This document shows, in pieces, positions 1-10,513 of a stretch of DNA of 64,000 nt. Source of the stretch: Hormiphora californensis (lineage: Eukaryota; Animalia; Ctenophora); NCBI GenBank assembly GCA_020137815.1, contig CM035352.1, forward strand, positions 6,448,001-6,512,000. The letters run 5' to 3'. Position numbers and translations under genes: made by a program. Position 1 is the stretch's first letter; each line of letters begins with the position of its first letter. The notes below the pieces were generated by a model. That model did not search any database. It was not told the origin of the DNA and saw nothing but the letters and a program-made list of their open reading frames with translations.

Positions 1-226
1 ACAGGAAGCGTATCAAATACAAACCAAGATTTAGAAATAGTGAATTGAGAGAATTGAGAGAATGAGAGGGGGTGACCGAGACGGAGAGAGAGGGATTGAA
101 GGTTAAACTTAAAGTGCAAACAGGAGGGTTGGGGCGGAAGGGGCATTTTCACCGTGCACCACTACTAATGGTATTGCTGTGCACCATTATCATTATCTAT
201 CGGATAGTAGAGTTTACACTGAGGAA

Positions 227-437
<211 letters not shown>

Positions 438-484
438 TGTGAGGAAGCGAGAAATAGAAAGATAAGTATATAGAAGTGTAGTAC

Positions 485-938
485 CTGTAGGGATGGCCAG
501 GTCAGCAGCTGATAGTTCCTCGAGAGGTATACGGTGGAGGAAGTTTTGGAGTTGGGTAGTACCCGAGGAGCTAGCCGATTTGGGAGATGCGGCTTCTGTT
601 GAAGAGGGTGATTTGCTTTCGTGTTTGGGTTGCAGAAGTTGCTGTCCGTTTGTTGTTTGGATAGTATTGTTGATGTTGTTGATGTTGTTGATGTTGTTGT
701 TGTTGTTGTTGTTGTTGTATAGCTGTGAAGATGGTGATGATCGAGCCTCAACAGAGATCAGAGACTTCTCAGGAAGATTCATAAAAAAGGTGGGGTTCAA
801 TAGACAGACACCTTTTTGGAAATGCTCATAACCAGAAGTCGAAGAACGAGAGAGCGCCGTTTGTGTCAACACCATGAGATGTGGTACAAGTGCAAATAAC
901 CCTGAGTCATGGGGAATGCTTCTCTTCACCGCCCTCAT
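485..938 (-). CDS. Probable coding exon of an unidentified Ser/Asn-rich protein; downstream structure unresolved
   Basis: Open frame with poly-Asn tract, ending at a GT donor (ACAG|GTACT) next to a (TC)n tract; a GC-rich promoter-like patch lies upstream at ~1000-1065. No family recognised. Confidence 0.4.
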
Positions 939-1110
939 GCCCTCACCGCCGGCGCGTGGTGGATGTCTTGCGGAGGAGGTCAGCCATGATTCAACTGGAG
1001 TTCGGGCAAAATTTTACGGCGCGCTTCCGCGCGTTTTTTGCGCGTGACATCGCCGCGCGCTTAAAATAAACTTATTTCTAAATTTAATTTTCTCAAAGTT
1101 TAAAGTTAAG

Positions 1111-1404
1111 AGGGATCCCTAAAAAAGTTCAGTATTTACACAGCGTTTACACAGTCTTTACACAGTTGTTACACCCAGAGCGGCGCGTGCTGCGTTTTGC
1201 AGCTTTTTCTAAGAAAATAATGGATTGTGTGCTGCACAATTGAGTAAATTGAGCGCTGCGGCGAAAAAAGTTTCCGAAAACGCTGCAAATCGAGTGCGAA
1301 TGACGCAGTCTTTACACCCAGAGCGGCGCGGGCGCTCTGGGTGTAACGACTGTGTAAAGACTGTGTAAACGCTGTGTAAATACTGAACTTTTTTAGGGAT
1401 CCCT
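1111..1404. mobile_element. MITE with ~70-bp TIRs (AGGGATCCCTAAAAAAGTTCAGTATTTACACAG...)
   Basis: Inverted terminal arms with internal TTTACACAG repeats; flanked by AG on both sides (possible 2-bp TSD). Confidence 0.85.
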
Positions 1405-1597
1405 AGTCAAAGAAAAGTTTTCAAATTCCATCCTTGTTTTTTTTCTTCATTTTTTCCCTGCCCGGGTGAATGCCGAAGGCATTCACCCGGATGCCTTTTT
1501 ACTTTGTAAAAAGGCATAGCAGGGTTAGAATTCGAAAACGACATTTTGGTATACTAACTAATCGGTAGAGGGACATTTTTTGGTCACACTTTCGGTG

Positions 1598-1637
1598 TTC
1601 AAACTTTTCAACACTACTTTAAACAAATTAATTTGAG
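1598..1637 (+). other. Spliced-leader exon sequence (TTCAAACTTTTCAACACTACTTTAAACAAATTAATTTGAG) fused to a 5' UTR
   Basis: Matches the ctenophore SL as recalled from the literature (not searched). Followed by CAG rather than an immediate GT donor, with no Sm site downstream, so it looks like a processed-mRNA 5' end rather than an SL RNA gene. Confidence 0.8.
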
Positions 1638-1692
1638 CAGGTAGATATGGTGATGTGACCGCCCCAAAGGGCAGAAAAGTGAAACGCTGATA

Positions 1693-4527
1693 ATGAAGCC
1701 GATGTACGAAGACAAACGATTGGATAATATTCTTCGCTTACCGTAGCGTCAACGTAGAAGACGCCCTGAGGGATATTGAAGACAGAGAGGCAGAGCTCAC
1801 GCACATCGAGCTCTCCCCTGCAGCCATAGAAGGTGCACTAAAGGAACTCAACCCACAGTCTGCAGCTCCTAAGGGCGACATCCCATCTATTATCCTACAT
1901 GAGGCCAGGGAGCAACTATGCTACCCACTGTGGATACTGTGGAATGCGTCCTTTGATCGTGGATTCATCCCCGATGAGCTGAAGAGGCAACAGATTGCCC
2001 CGATTTTCAAGAAGGGGGACAAGAGCCTTCCAGAGAACTACCGACCAGTAGCACTAACGAGCCACGTTACAAAAACATTCGAACGAGTGGTAAGGCAGCA
2101 ACTGGCTGATTTTGTGGAAAGGGCAGGGATCATCAATGAGGAGCAGCATGGATTCCGGTCAGGGAGGAGCTGTTTGACGCAACTACTCCACCACTACGAT
2201 GCAATCCTGGAGGATCTGAACAACGGCCACGAAGTAGATGTGGCCTATATAGATTTCGCGAAAGCGTTTGACAAAGTCGACATAAGCATCCTACTGGGCA
2301 AGCTGCGAAGATATGGTATCCGGGGTAAACTGTTAAACTGGATCGAGGCTTTCCTAACAGGGAGGTCGCAGACGGTAGTGCTGGAAGGGCATTGTTCCAG
2401 ACCAGAATACGTTATCAGTAGTGTCATCCAGGGCTCAGTGCTGGGTCCACTTCTTTTCATAATCTATGTAAGTGACCTGGCATCTTGTACGATGGGTGGT
2501 ACCTTAACGTTTGCCGACGACACCAAGAGCCGACAAGGTATTGAAGAAGCGAAGGACACGATCCTACTCCAAGGAGATCTCGACAGGATAGCGGATTGGT
2601 CAGAGAAAAACAACATGCTCTTACACAAGGACAAGTTCGAGATTCTAAATTACACGCTCAATAAAACAAAATTGTTGAGAGTCCTTCCATTCAACGTAGA
2701 ATACTACCGATACTACAATTCAGTGGGAGATGAAATTAGCCCTGCCGACTGTGTGAAAGATCTTGGCATCCACATGAAAAACGACGCATCGTGGACCACA
2801 CACATTGATGTCATCACCCGTGAAGCCAAAAGACTAGCTGGATGGGTTCTTGGAGTATTTAGAGATAGGTCTGCACCGACAATGGTTCTCCTACTGAAAT
2901 CACTCATCAGACCGAAGCTGGAATACTGCTCGCCCCTGTGGTCGCCATGCAAAGTGGGAGACATCGCAAAGATTGAGAATATCCAACGCTTTTTCACTCG
3001 AAGGATTGCCGATTGCAAAGGCAAAAACTACTGGGAACGATTGGAACATCTGCAGATCCTATCACTGCAACGAAGACGAGAACGATACATGATAATTCAC
3101 ATGTGGAAAATCTACCAGGGGTTAGCACCGAACAGCACAAACATATCGTTCTACGTTCACCAGCGGCACGGCCCAAAGGCAGTTGTCCCCCGTCTCATAA
3201 CCACGGCCCAAAAATCAGTGCAGACGCTACGAGATGCGTCTTTTGGGGTTAGGGCGGCCCAACTCTTCAATAGGATGCCGGACGACGTACGACTGGCACC
3301 ATCTCTCGACAGCCTGAAAGTTAGACTTGGAGACTTCCTCGCTACAGTCCCCGACTTTCCACCTGTCAGAGGCTACACAAGCCCCCGAGATAATTCCCTG
3401 GTAGCCCGTCTCACCGAGGGAAAGTAGGTTCATTCATTTAGGCCACCTCACTGTTTTGTTCACGCGGAAGTTCTGCTGAGTGCGTTGTATGACTTATGAA
3501 TTGTACATACTAAAACTTTTTTGTAATCTTGTAATCTTGTAATCTTGTAATCTTGTACGAGGGCGATAACCCCAAGATAAAACAACTGATCGAATCCGTT
3601 GATGACTTTGTTTTAGGAGTTGAGCGGCTGCATTGGGCTGATGTTCCCGAACAGATGAGTATCACACCCGAGAACGTTAGTCAGTGCTATAATTCTATCA
3701 AATATGCACCTGCGAGGGCGTTTACCCCTGATTGCTCAAACCCACCCGAAAATCACATGGGGACACTCTTCAAACATTGTCTTAAGGACCTAACTCCAAA
3801 TCAAGTTATTGATGTCACCACTCGTCTCTTTCTGTCCAGTGCTAAACTTGCGCAAGCAGCCATGAACAATTTGAACACAGTAATCACTGCAGAGAAACTC
3901 GAGAAGCAACTCTCTACGTGCAAAGAAGAGCTTGAACGAAATCGTATGTTGGTCATTGAACTGCAACAAACGGTCATAAATGTACAGAAGGAACAACTGA
4001 ACTCAGTAGAAACATCAGTGCAGAAGGTGAAAGCCTACTCGACAGTCCTGGCTCAAAACTTTGCTGCAGCCTCCCCTGTGGCGAAAAAGCTGCCAACTCC
4101 TCCTAAGCCACCAACTTCTAAGCCTCCTGCTACAGTAGTAGCCCAGGCGAACCGAGAGAAGAACTTGGTAATATTTGGGCTCCCAGAAACAACTGAGAAT
4201 GATGCTAGAGCCAATCTGGACGAGCTATTTGAAGAATTGAACGAGAAACCGAAAGTTGCCAACATGAAACGTATCGGTGAGAAAAACGAGGAACGCCCTA
4301 GGCCGCTCTTAGTATCTCTTGAGAATAGAGCAACCCTTTTGGCGTTGCTGAAGAAGGCACGGCAGCTAAAAGAATCCAAAAAACACTCTACCGTATATCT
4401 GTCGCCGGATCTTAACCCCTCCCAACTAAAGGAGCGAAAAGCTCTGCTAGCCACCTTGAAACGGGTTCGTACAGATGATCCAGGTGGCAATTATTACATC
4501 AGAAACAATGTGATCCAAGTCGGATAG
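1693..4527 (+). pseudogene. LINE ORF1p-like protein (coiled coil + RRM-like domain), 340 aa when reconstituted; disrupted by a LINE insertion
   Basis: 1693-1745 (MKPMYEDKRLDNILRLP) joins in frame to 3558-4527 (YEGDNPK...). Motifs NLVIFGLPE, RIG...RPRPLLV and VYLSPDL are typical of CR1/L2-group ORF1p. Confidence 0.82.
1746..3557 (+). mobile_element. 5'-truncated CR1-group LINE (reverse transcriptase, no endonuclease domain) with (TCTTGTAA)n tail
   Basis: Uninterrupted RT frame from ~1748 to 3427 with NYRPVALTS, QHGFR, DFAKAFDKV, QGSVLGP, FADD, RPKLEYCSPLWSP and a C-terminal PDxP..GY; 8-bp tandem tail; GTA duplicated at both junctions. Confidence 0.93.
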
Positions 4528-5512
4528 CGAACTGAACCTTATCGGACTGTTTCTATATGTTACCCCGCTTTAGGTAACTGCCGATGCTTTAAGCCTCTCG
4601 GCCTTGTAGGATTTATATACTTAACTATATAGATCTATAGTGTAAGAGCGGGAAGAGTCTGTTAATGACTCTAATATAAATTGTGATGTTCATTTTCATT
4701 TTCATTTGCGAGGGCAACGGTGTAGCAACTAGAGCCACGCGCACAGTGACGAGCTACTCCTTCATCAAACACCTCATTGACACCGTTTGATGGACGTGTG
4801 TGCGCGCGCCACTCAACAAAACATGAAATGCTCTGCCGCGTGTTTCGCGTGTTACATACACATTTTCATCTTGCGAGTCGAGTGTGAGATGTTAGATAAG
4901 TAGTTAAGTTGGAATGTCAAAAGCTGGTTAGCAAGTGTCATGTGATTGGGAGTTAGCTAACTCTAAGCTATGTGAGAAGTATACTGACAGCTAGATCGTA
5001 TGCATCTCACATTACATTATGACCAAGCCTTGATCCTGTTGGCAGTGACAATGTCACTGACATGTGAAACGGTAGGGCAGGGAAACAACTTAACTACTTA
5101 TCTAACCTCTCACAGTCACACTCGACTCGCAAGATGACAATGTGTATGTAACACGCGAAACACGCGGCAGCGCTATTCATGTTTTGTTGAGTGGCGCGCG
5201 CATACACGTCCATCAAACTGTGTCATTGTAAGTTTTGATAAAGGAGCACCTTGTTGTTGCGTGCGCGGCTCAGTTGCTACGCTGAGTACACCGGGTGGTA
5301 CCGGGTTGCCCCTCGCAACGAAAGTGTGACCAAAATGGTCCCTCTACCGATTAGTTAGTATACCAAAATGTCGTTTTCGAATTCTAACCCTGCTATGCCT
5401 TTTTACAAAGTAAAAAGGCATCCGGGTGGATGCCTTCGGCATCCACCCGGGCAGGGAAATAAATGATTATATTACATTACAATACAGTATTATCGTGTAA
5501 ACTGTTCAGGGT

Positions 5513-6481
5513 ATGGTATGTGTGCTTTCTCGGCTGGCTAACAGACAGTTATCATGGACTCAACCCATCCGCCATCTCGCCAGATCTGCCGGAAGGAAAA
5601 CTATCTCTCAAAATCCTGGACCATCACCATTTAAACAAACTGCTAAACAAGTTATATTTTGTTTTGGAATTATAATTCCAGGTGTCTACTATACTGCCAC
5701 CACCGAAGCTATAAACATGGCTGGTTATGTCATGTCGTTGGATATGTTTCCGAATCCTCCCATCATTACCTGGGATATATGGGATAAAATAAAGCCTAGG
5801 GTTGGGATGGGCGATCACGCTGGAAATCTGTTTTACACCCGCATCCTACAGTTTATGATGTTCAACTGTGCCGTGTTTGGGGTGCTACCCCTACTACTTA
5901 GGAATCGAGGGCACTTGTTTGTTCCCTACTTCACCTCCAGTCCCACCTCCTCTGCCATATCTCCCCTAACCTCAATGTTCGTGCACGGGAGCCTCCTTCA
6001 CCTTATAACTAACATGCTAGGACTATTCGCTCTAACGGTGGGATCGGCTTGGACACGGTCCACCAATGCAGAGGCTCCCTAGACGAAATGTCATATTCTC
6101 ATATAACATGTTTCCTTCTCTCAGCGGGCATGTGTACCGCGTTAGCGTGTTCTGTTCGCGGCCTCATTACCAAATCAGCCTCACCTGCTGTTGGCTTCTC
6201 CAACGCCCTCTACGCACTACTGTTCTATGAAGTATACATCCTAACCTGAATTTCGAGTGAGATTGATTTTCACCGATATAAGTATGTCAGCAGAGAAATT
6301 TTCATACTTTATTGTTGGTCTTGAGGCACTTTTCCTTCTCTTCTCGCGGTATCACCGTATGGACAACTTTGGGCATCTGGCAGGTGCCGCGTTCGGTTAT
6401 TGGTATGCAGTGAAGGGTAGTAAACTGTGGAAGGAGTTCAGGGATTTGCAGGTGCAATTACTTGCAGAAGAAGATGAGTGA
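5513..6481 (+). CDS. Mitochondrial rhomboid protease (PARL-like), intronless, with apparent frameshifts near 6045-6082 and 6241-6247
   Basis: Three abutting ORFs carry SMFVHGSLLHLITNMLGL, PAVGFSNA (catalytic Ser) and GHLAGAAFGYWY (catalytic His); Arg/Ser-rich presequence. Confidence 0.85.
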
Positions 6482-6634
6482 TAAATTGTGTATTTTCAAA
6501 ACTTCTGTTTGAATATTGTTCGTGATTTTTTTTAAACGATTTATAAGATCGGGAGTACCATGTTTTGTTTCACATTCAATTCCCTACTATCATTATTCAA
6601 TAATAACAGTAGTTTCTGCCACTTTTTAGAGGTC

Positions 6635-7036
6635 ATGTCCAAAGCAGCTGAGATCGTTACGTGCATTGAAACTGCAGAGACCTTCCACAAACTTTTCTAC
6701 GAGAAGATGGACAAATCTCGGCAGACGATCGGCAAACTATATCTCGACAATGCTACCCTGAATTGGAATGGAAATGCAGTAAAGGGGAAAGCAGAGATCA
6801 GCGGGTTCTTACAGAAGTTACCCATCTCCCATACCAATGTTTACTCGGTAGACGCCCAGCCTCTTATGGATTCTTCAATCATGATTGTAACCACTGGGAC
6901 AGTGAAATTCCAATCCACAAATTCTAACCGAGATCAGGACTTTTCCCAAACGTTCGTGCTCAAGAAGACAGACACTAAAACTATGAAGGTTTCTTTCGAT
7001 TGTTTCAGGCTTATAAACAAAATTGAGAGCGGCTGA
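6635..7036 (+). CDS. NXT1: NTF2-related export protein (p15)
   Basis: AETFHKLFYEKMDKSR..IGKLYLDNATLNWNGNAV..G..SVDAQP..FSQTFVL..DCFR; ATG follows a TTTTAG acceptor. Confidence 0.9.
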   Translation: MSKAAEIVTCIETAETFHKLFYEKMDKSRQTIGKLYLDNATLNWNGNAVKGKAEISGFLQKLPISHTNVYSVDAQPLMDSSIMIVTTGTVKFQSTNSNRDQDFSQTFVLKKTDTKTMKVSFDCFRLINKIESG

Positions 7037-7245
7037 TTTGTATTGTTGTGGCAGCTGTCTCTGCAGTGAATTTTGTGATTGTGCGTGAATTTATTTTATT
7101 TTTAACCACCCATTTTACTTTAGCTTTTTAATCTTCCAGTTACCACTCTCAAAGTATATACACATGTATGTGTCCCTATAGCCCCTGACTCTCAACCCCT
7201 CCCCTATCGACTATAACAACATCTTTCTCTCTACTAGCTACTAAA

Positions 7246-9797
7246 ATGCCTGGCACCTCCAAAGAAGAGCTGGACGACTTCCTGGCGAAGGCCGATAAAG
7301 CTCATGAACTGATAACCCTCCTCAGTTCAGAAGACGACAGTGTCATTAAGACCACTCAAGACAAGATTGATAACATTCTAAAGTCGGATTGGGAGGAGGA
7401 GGGTGGATGTGTAACGAAAGTGAACAAGTCTCAAATCAACAAAATGGGAGACACCCCTGCTGGTGCTGCTGCTGTATCTCCTGGACCCTCACCAGATTAC
7501 GGGGATGGAAGCCAGGAGGGGTTCATGAGGGTGATGGAGGAAGATGCTAATAGGAGGGCTGAGGAGAGAGCACGAAAGGAGGGGAAGAGTAAAGTGAGGA
7601 GGGAAAAGGGCAATGCCGCTTTCAAAGCAGGAGAGTACGCTAAAGCGATAGAGGAGTATGAGATTGCTATTCGTCTAACAGGGTGGCAGGTTTCCCTGTA
7701 CACTAACAAGGCTCAATGCCATACCCGTCTCAACCAACTTGATGAGGCTATAGCAGCGTGCGACAGGGCACTTTACATAGAGGACGATTTTGTGAAAGGT
7801 TATGTTCAGAAATCTATTGCTTTGATTGCTAAAGGAGCACTTTCCGACTCAGTGGCGTGTCTTGAAGAAGCGATGGAGAAATGTAAGAATACAGTTATCG
7901 TTGAGAAATATCTGGAGAAGGCAAGACATTTGCTGGATATTGAAACCCGTAATACAGAGGTGCTAAAGGGAGCTAGTGAGGATAAGATCAAAGAATTCAA
8001 ACACTTTGTATCCAAACTTGGTTCCGACAAGACATTTGAGAGCCTCATTTCAGCGGAGTTTCTCTTAAAAGCAGTGGAACACACACCGGAAGGGTGCGAG
8101 CTAATTCGAGCACTTGGTGGTATTTCAATTCTTATGAAACAGATCAACTCAGAACAGACTGAGGCGGCTCATTACACCTCACTTTTTACCCTGCTGAAAC
8201 ATCTTCTCGTTACCGACAAATTATCCTTTTTATCGTGGATATACTCCGAGTCAATGTTTGTCCCTCGAGACGATTCCTTTTCCTGCCAAGTCATTCTGCT
8301 CCTTCATAAAATAATCTTTGCTGATAACGAGTATTTCCCGACCACTTTCCTCGAAAATTGGACCTGCAAAGCGCTACTGAAATTATATCTATCCGGATTT
8401 AAAGATCCCGTTTCCAAGCCGATGTGTATGCTAATTTTGGGTCGAATGGTACAAAGCACCAAGTTCCTGGCTCGATTTCAAACGGATTTGGTGGCACAAA
8501 TAAAGAAAACTGGGGAGGAAATTTCTGGAAAACATGAGGACCTAAAAACTCTGATCAGTTCTCTCTCCGCTCTGTCAATGACTAAAACTTCACGGAAAAT
8601 ATTGGATTTGAAATTCTGGAGCAACTTCCTAGAAATTCTAGGTAAAAAAATATGAACTTCCTGTTTATTAATATACAAAACTTACCCCCCCCCCCAATCT
8701 CCATCAACCCCACTCTTGACACAACCCTCTCTTTCTAGATAACGCACCGGATGGGTCCATCGATGATTTATTATCAGCTGGAATGAACTTTGCCATTGGG
8801 AGTGAGAGTTTGAAGACAATTGGAGTGAATATAACATCCCGGCTCATTGAGTTGTGTGGAGAGAGAAAACGTGCAGCCCCTCTTCTAAATAGAGTGCTAG
8901 AGAAATGCCCTAATTCACAACTAGCTGAGGACAAGGTGGGAACAAATTACAAACAAACATACACAAATTTCCAAGTTACGCACCCTTCAAATTTATCTCT
9001 TTCCCCCGTATTCTTCTCTAATCATGGTTTTCGCAGGGTCAGTTTGCGGCGTTATTAAAGGTCATCAAACAGCGGCCTAGTGTTGAAGACGAGAACCTGA
9101 GTACTGCAATAAAACTTCTAGCTCGGACAACTGCTGAATCAGTCCAGGTAGATATTAGGAGAAACAAACACTTCCCTCTAATTGACTTCCCTAAAATCTG
9201 TTGGAATCGGGGACCTTGCCAACAATTTACTTACAAATCTAAATCCCAGGCAAGAAAGTGGGTTGTAAAGTATAAGATCTTGGAGGCGTTGCTCCAGATT
9301 TTAGATGAAAACATTGTGGTAAAGAGTACTCCGAAATCCGCTACCGCCGTTATTTCCAATTCTGCACTGGTGTGTGGTCACTGCTTTTTAGATGGTAAGA
9401 AAATGTAGATAGAGATAGAGATGGAGGGAGACAGAGTTTAAAAATATAGAAACAGATCCCTCGATTTGCGATCAGTTCGATCACCCCAGTTTTACTAGTT
9501 ATTCTGATTTATTCTCTTCGATCATTGTATGTATGAAATTACAAAGAAAGGCTAGATCTTCTAACTATCGTTATTCGTTTCATTTTCTGACACTAACATC
9601 CTATTTCAGAGGCGCTATGTAAGAAACAAGGACCAGAAATAGTGGACCTCTTCCTAAAACACGCTAAAGCTGAGAAGGGGCTGGTGATTCAACAAAATGC
9701 AGCCATTGCCCTCGCTCGGTTAGCGAAGTCTAGCCCCATCCTACTAGAGAGATTGCGGCAGACAAGAGGTTTAGAAATACTTCATTCACGATATTGA
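7246..9797 (+). CDS. TTC12: Tetratricopeptide repeat protein 12 (TPR + ARM), ~5 exons
   Basis: N-terminal LDDFLAKADK; TPRs (REKGNAAFKAGEY, LYTNKAQC); last exon QNAAIALARLAK..LERLRQTRGLEILHS; GT-AG introns. Confidence 0.85.
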
Positions 9798-10320
9798 GGA
9801 TTGGAAATGTTTCAGTAGAGACAGTGACACAAAAAGGGTTTATTTTTCGGGTGGCTAACAATCCCTGTTTTTTATTTTGTGTACAGAGGAAATGTATAAA
9901 GCTGTTTATTTGTATTTTCATGTGTAAACTCCCTGAGTTGTTCCTTACACCACTCTACCCAATCCCGTGAGAAATTCTCAGTTCTCACTTCTCGCCCTAA
10001 ACTCTTGTTCTTGTCCCATTACAACTAAACGGTCACACTCTCCCAGGGTCATGTCTGTACGGCGCGGTGACCGCCTTACCTCAGAGATGCGCGCTGAAGG
10101 TAGTGCGCGGCGTAACTCTTCTCAACGTTTCCCCGACCCAGCATGTGAATGACAATGTGAGAGCTGCATCATGCAACAAGCAAGGATTGCAGTTGGAGAA
10201 TGGAATACTCAATCATCGGGGGATGATTAGAACTGGAAATCTAATTGTACTGCTGCAAAGTAAGTATCGAAGAGACTGGTTGACCGTTTGTTGCCATAGC
10301 AACGTGGTACCAAAACAAAC

Positions 10321-10513
10321 TAGTTAGATTTAGAAGTTTGTATCCTGGTAGAGTGCTCGATCCGGGGATACGGAGAGCTGAACTATTGTGACAAGTGAAA
10401 CAAGGTTTTACAAAATCAACAGATGTTTCACGCAGAAGCTGCGATCGTCAGGATTAAAATTCTGCGTGAAACATTTGTTGATTTTGTAAAACCTTGTTTC
10501 ACTTGTCACAATA
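10321..10513 (-). mobile_element. Penelope-like element remnant with inverted end
   Basis: 14-bp direct repeat GTACCAAAACAAAC at 10307-10320 and 10514-10527; ~55-bp inverted duplication; hammerhead-like core. Confidence 0.65.
10414..10455 (-). ncRNA. Minimal type I hammerhead ribozyme-like motif
   Basis: Minus strand AATC-CTGACGA-TCGCAGCTTCTGCGT-GAAACA-TC-TGTT-GATT: catalytic core with stems I-III; the stem II closing pair is T-T. Confidence 0.55.

Larger units (their letters stand above)
1595..4705 (+). mobile_element. SL-headed, ORF1-only non-autonomous retroposon (~1.3 kb native) with (TTCAT)n-type tail
   Basis: Boundaries are fixed by the host foldback arm. Starts with the SL, carries one ORF1-like gene and ends in TTCATTTTCATTTTCAT. 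Confidence 0.78.
1456..5456. mobile_element. Non-autonomous foldback element (~890 bp native) with T-shaped hairpin termini; left arm interrupted by a retroelement
   Basis: Left arm 1456-1594 plus 4706-4910 is the reverse complement of right arm 5086-5456. The right arm reads ...GGTCACACTTTCG|TTGCGAGGGC... uninterrupted, which defines the insertion point in the left arm. Confidence 0.88.

Noticed and set aside
1598-1700. SL RNA gene
   Set aside because: No GT immediately after the SL exon and no Sm-binding site; it is followed by a UTR and ORF instead.
1456-5456. A single autonomous TIR element encoding RT plus ORF1
   Set aside because: The junctions resolve into three nested insertions. 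The RT lacks its own start and endonuclease, and the SL-proximal ATG frame stops at 1744-1746.
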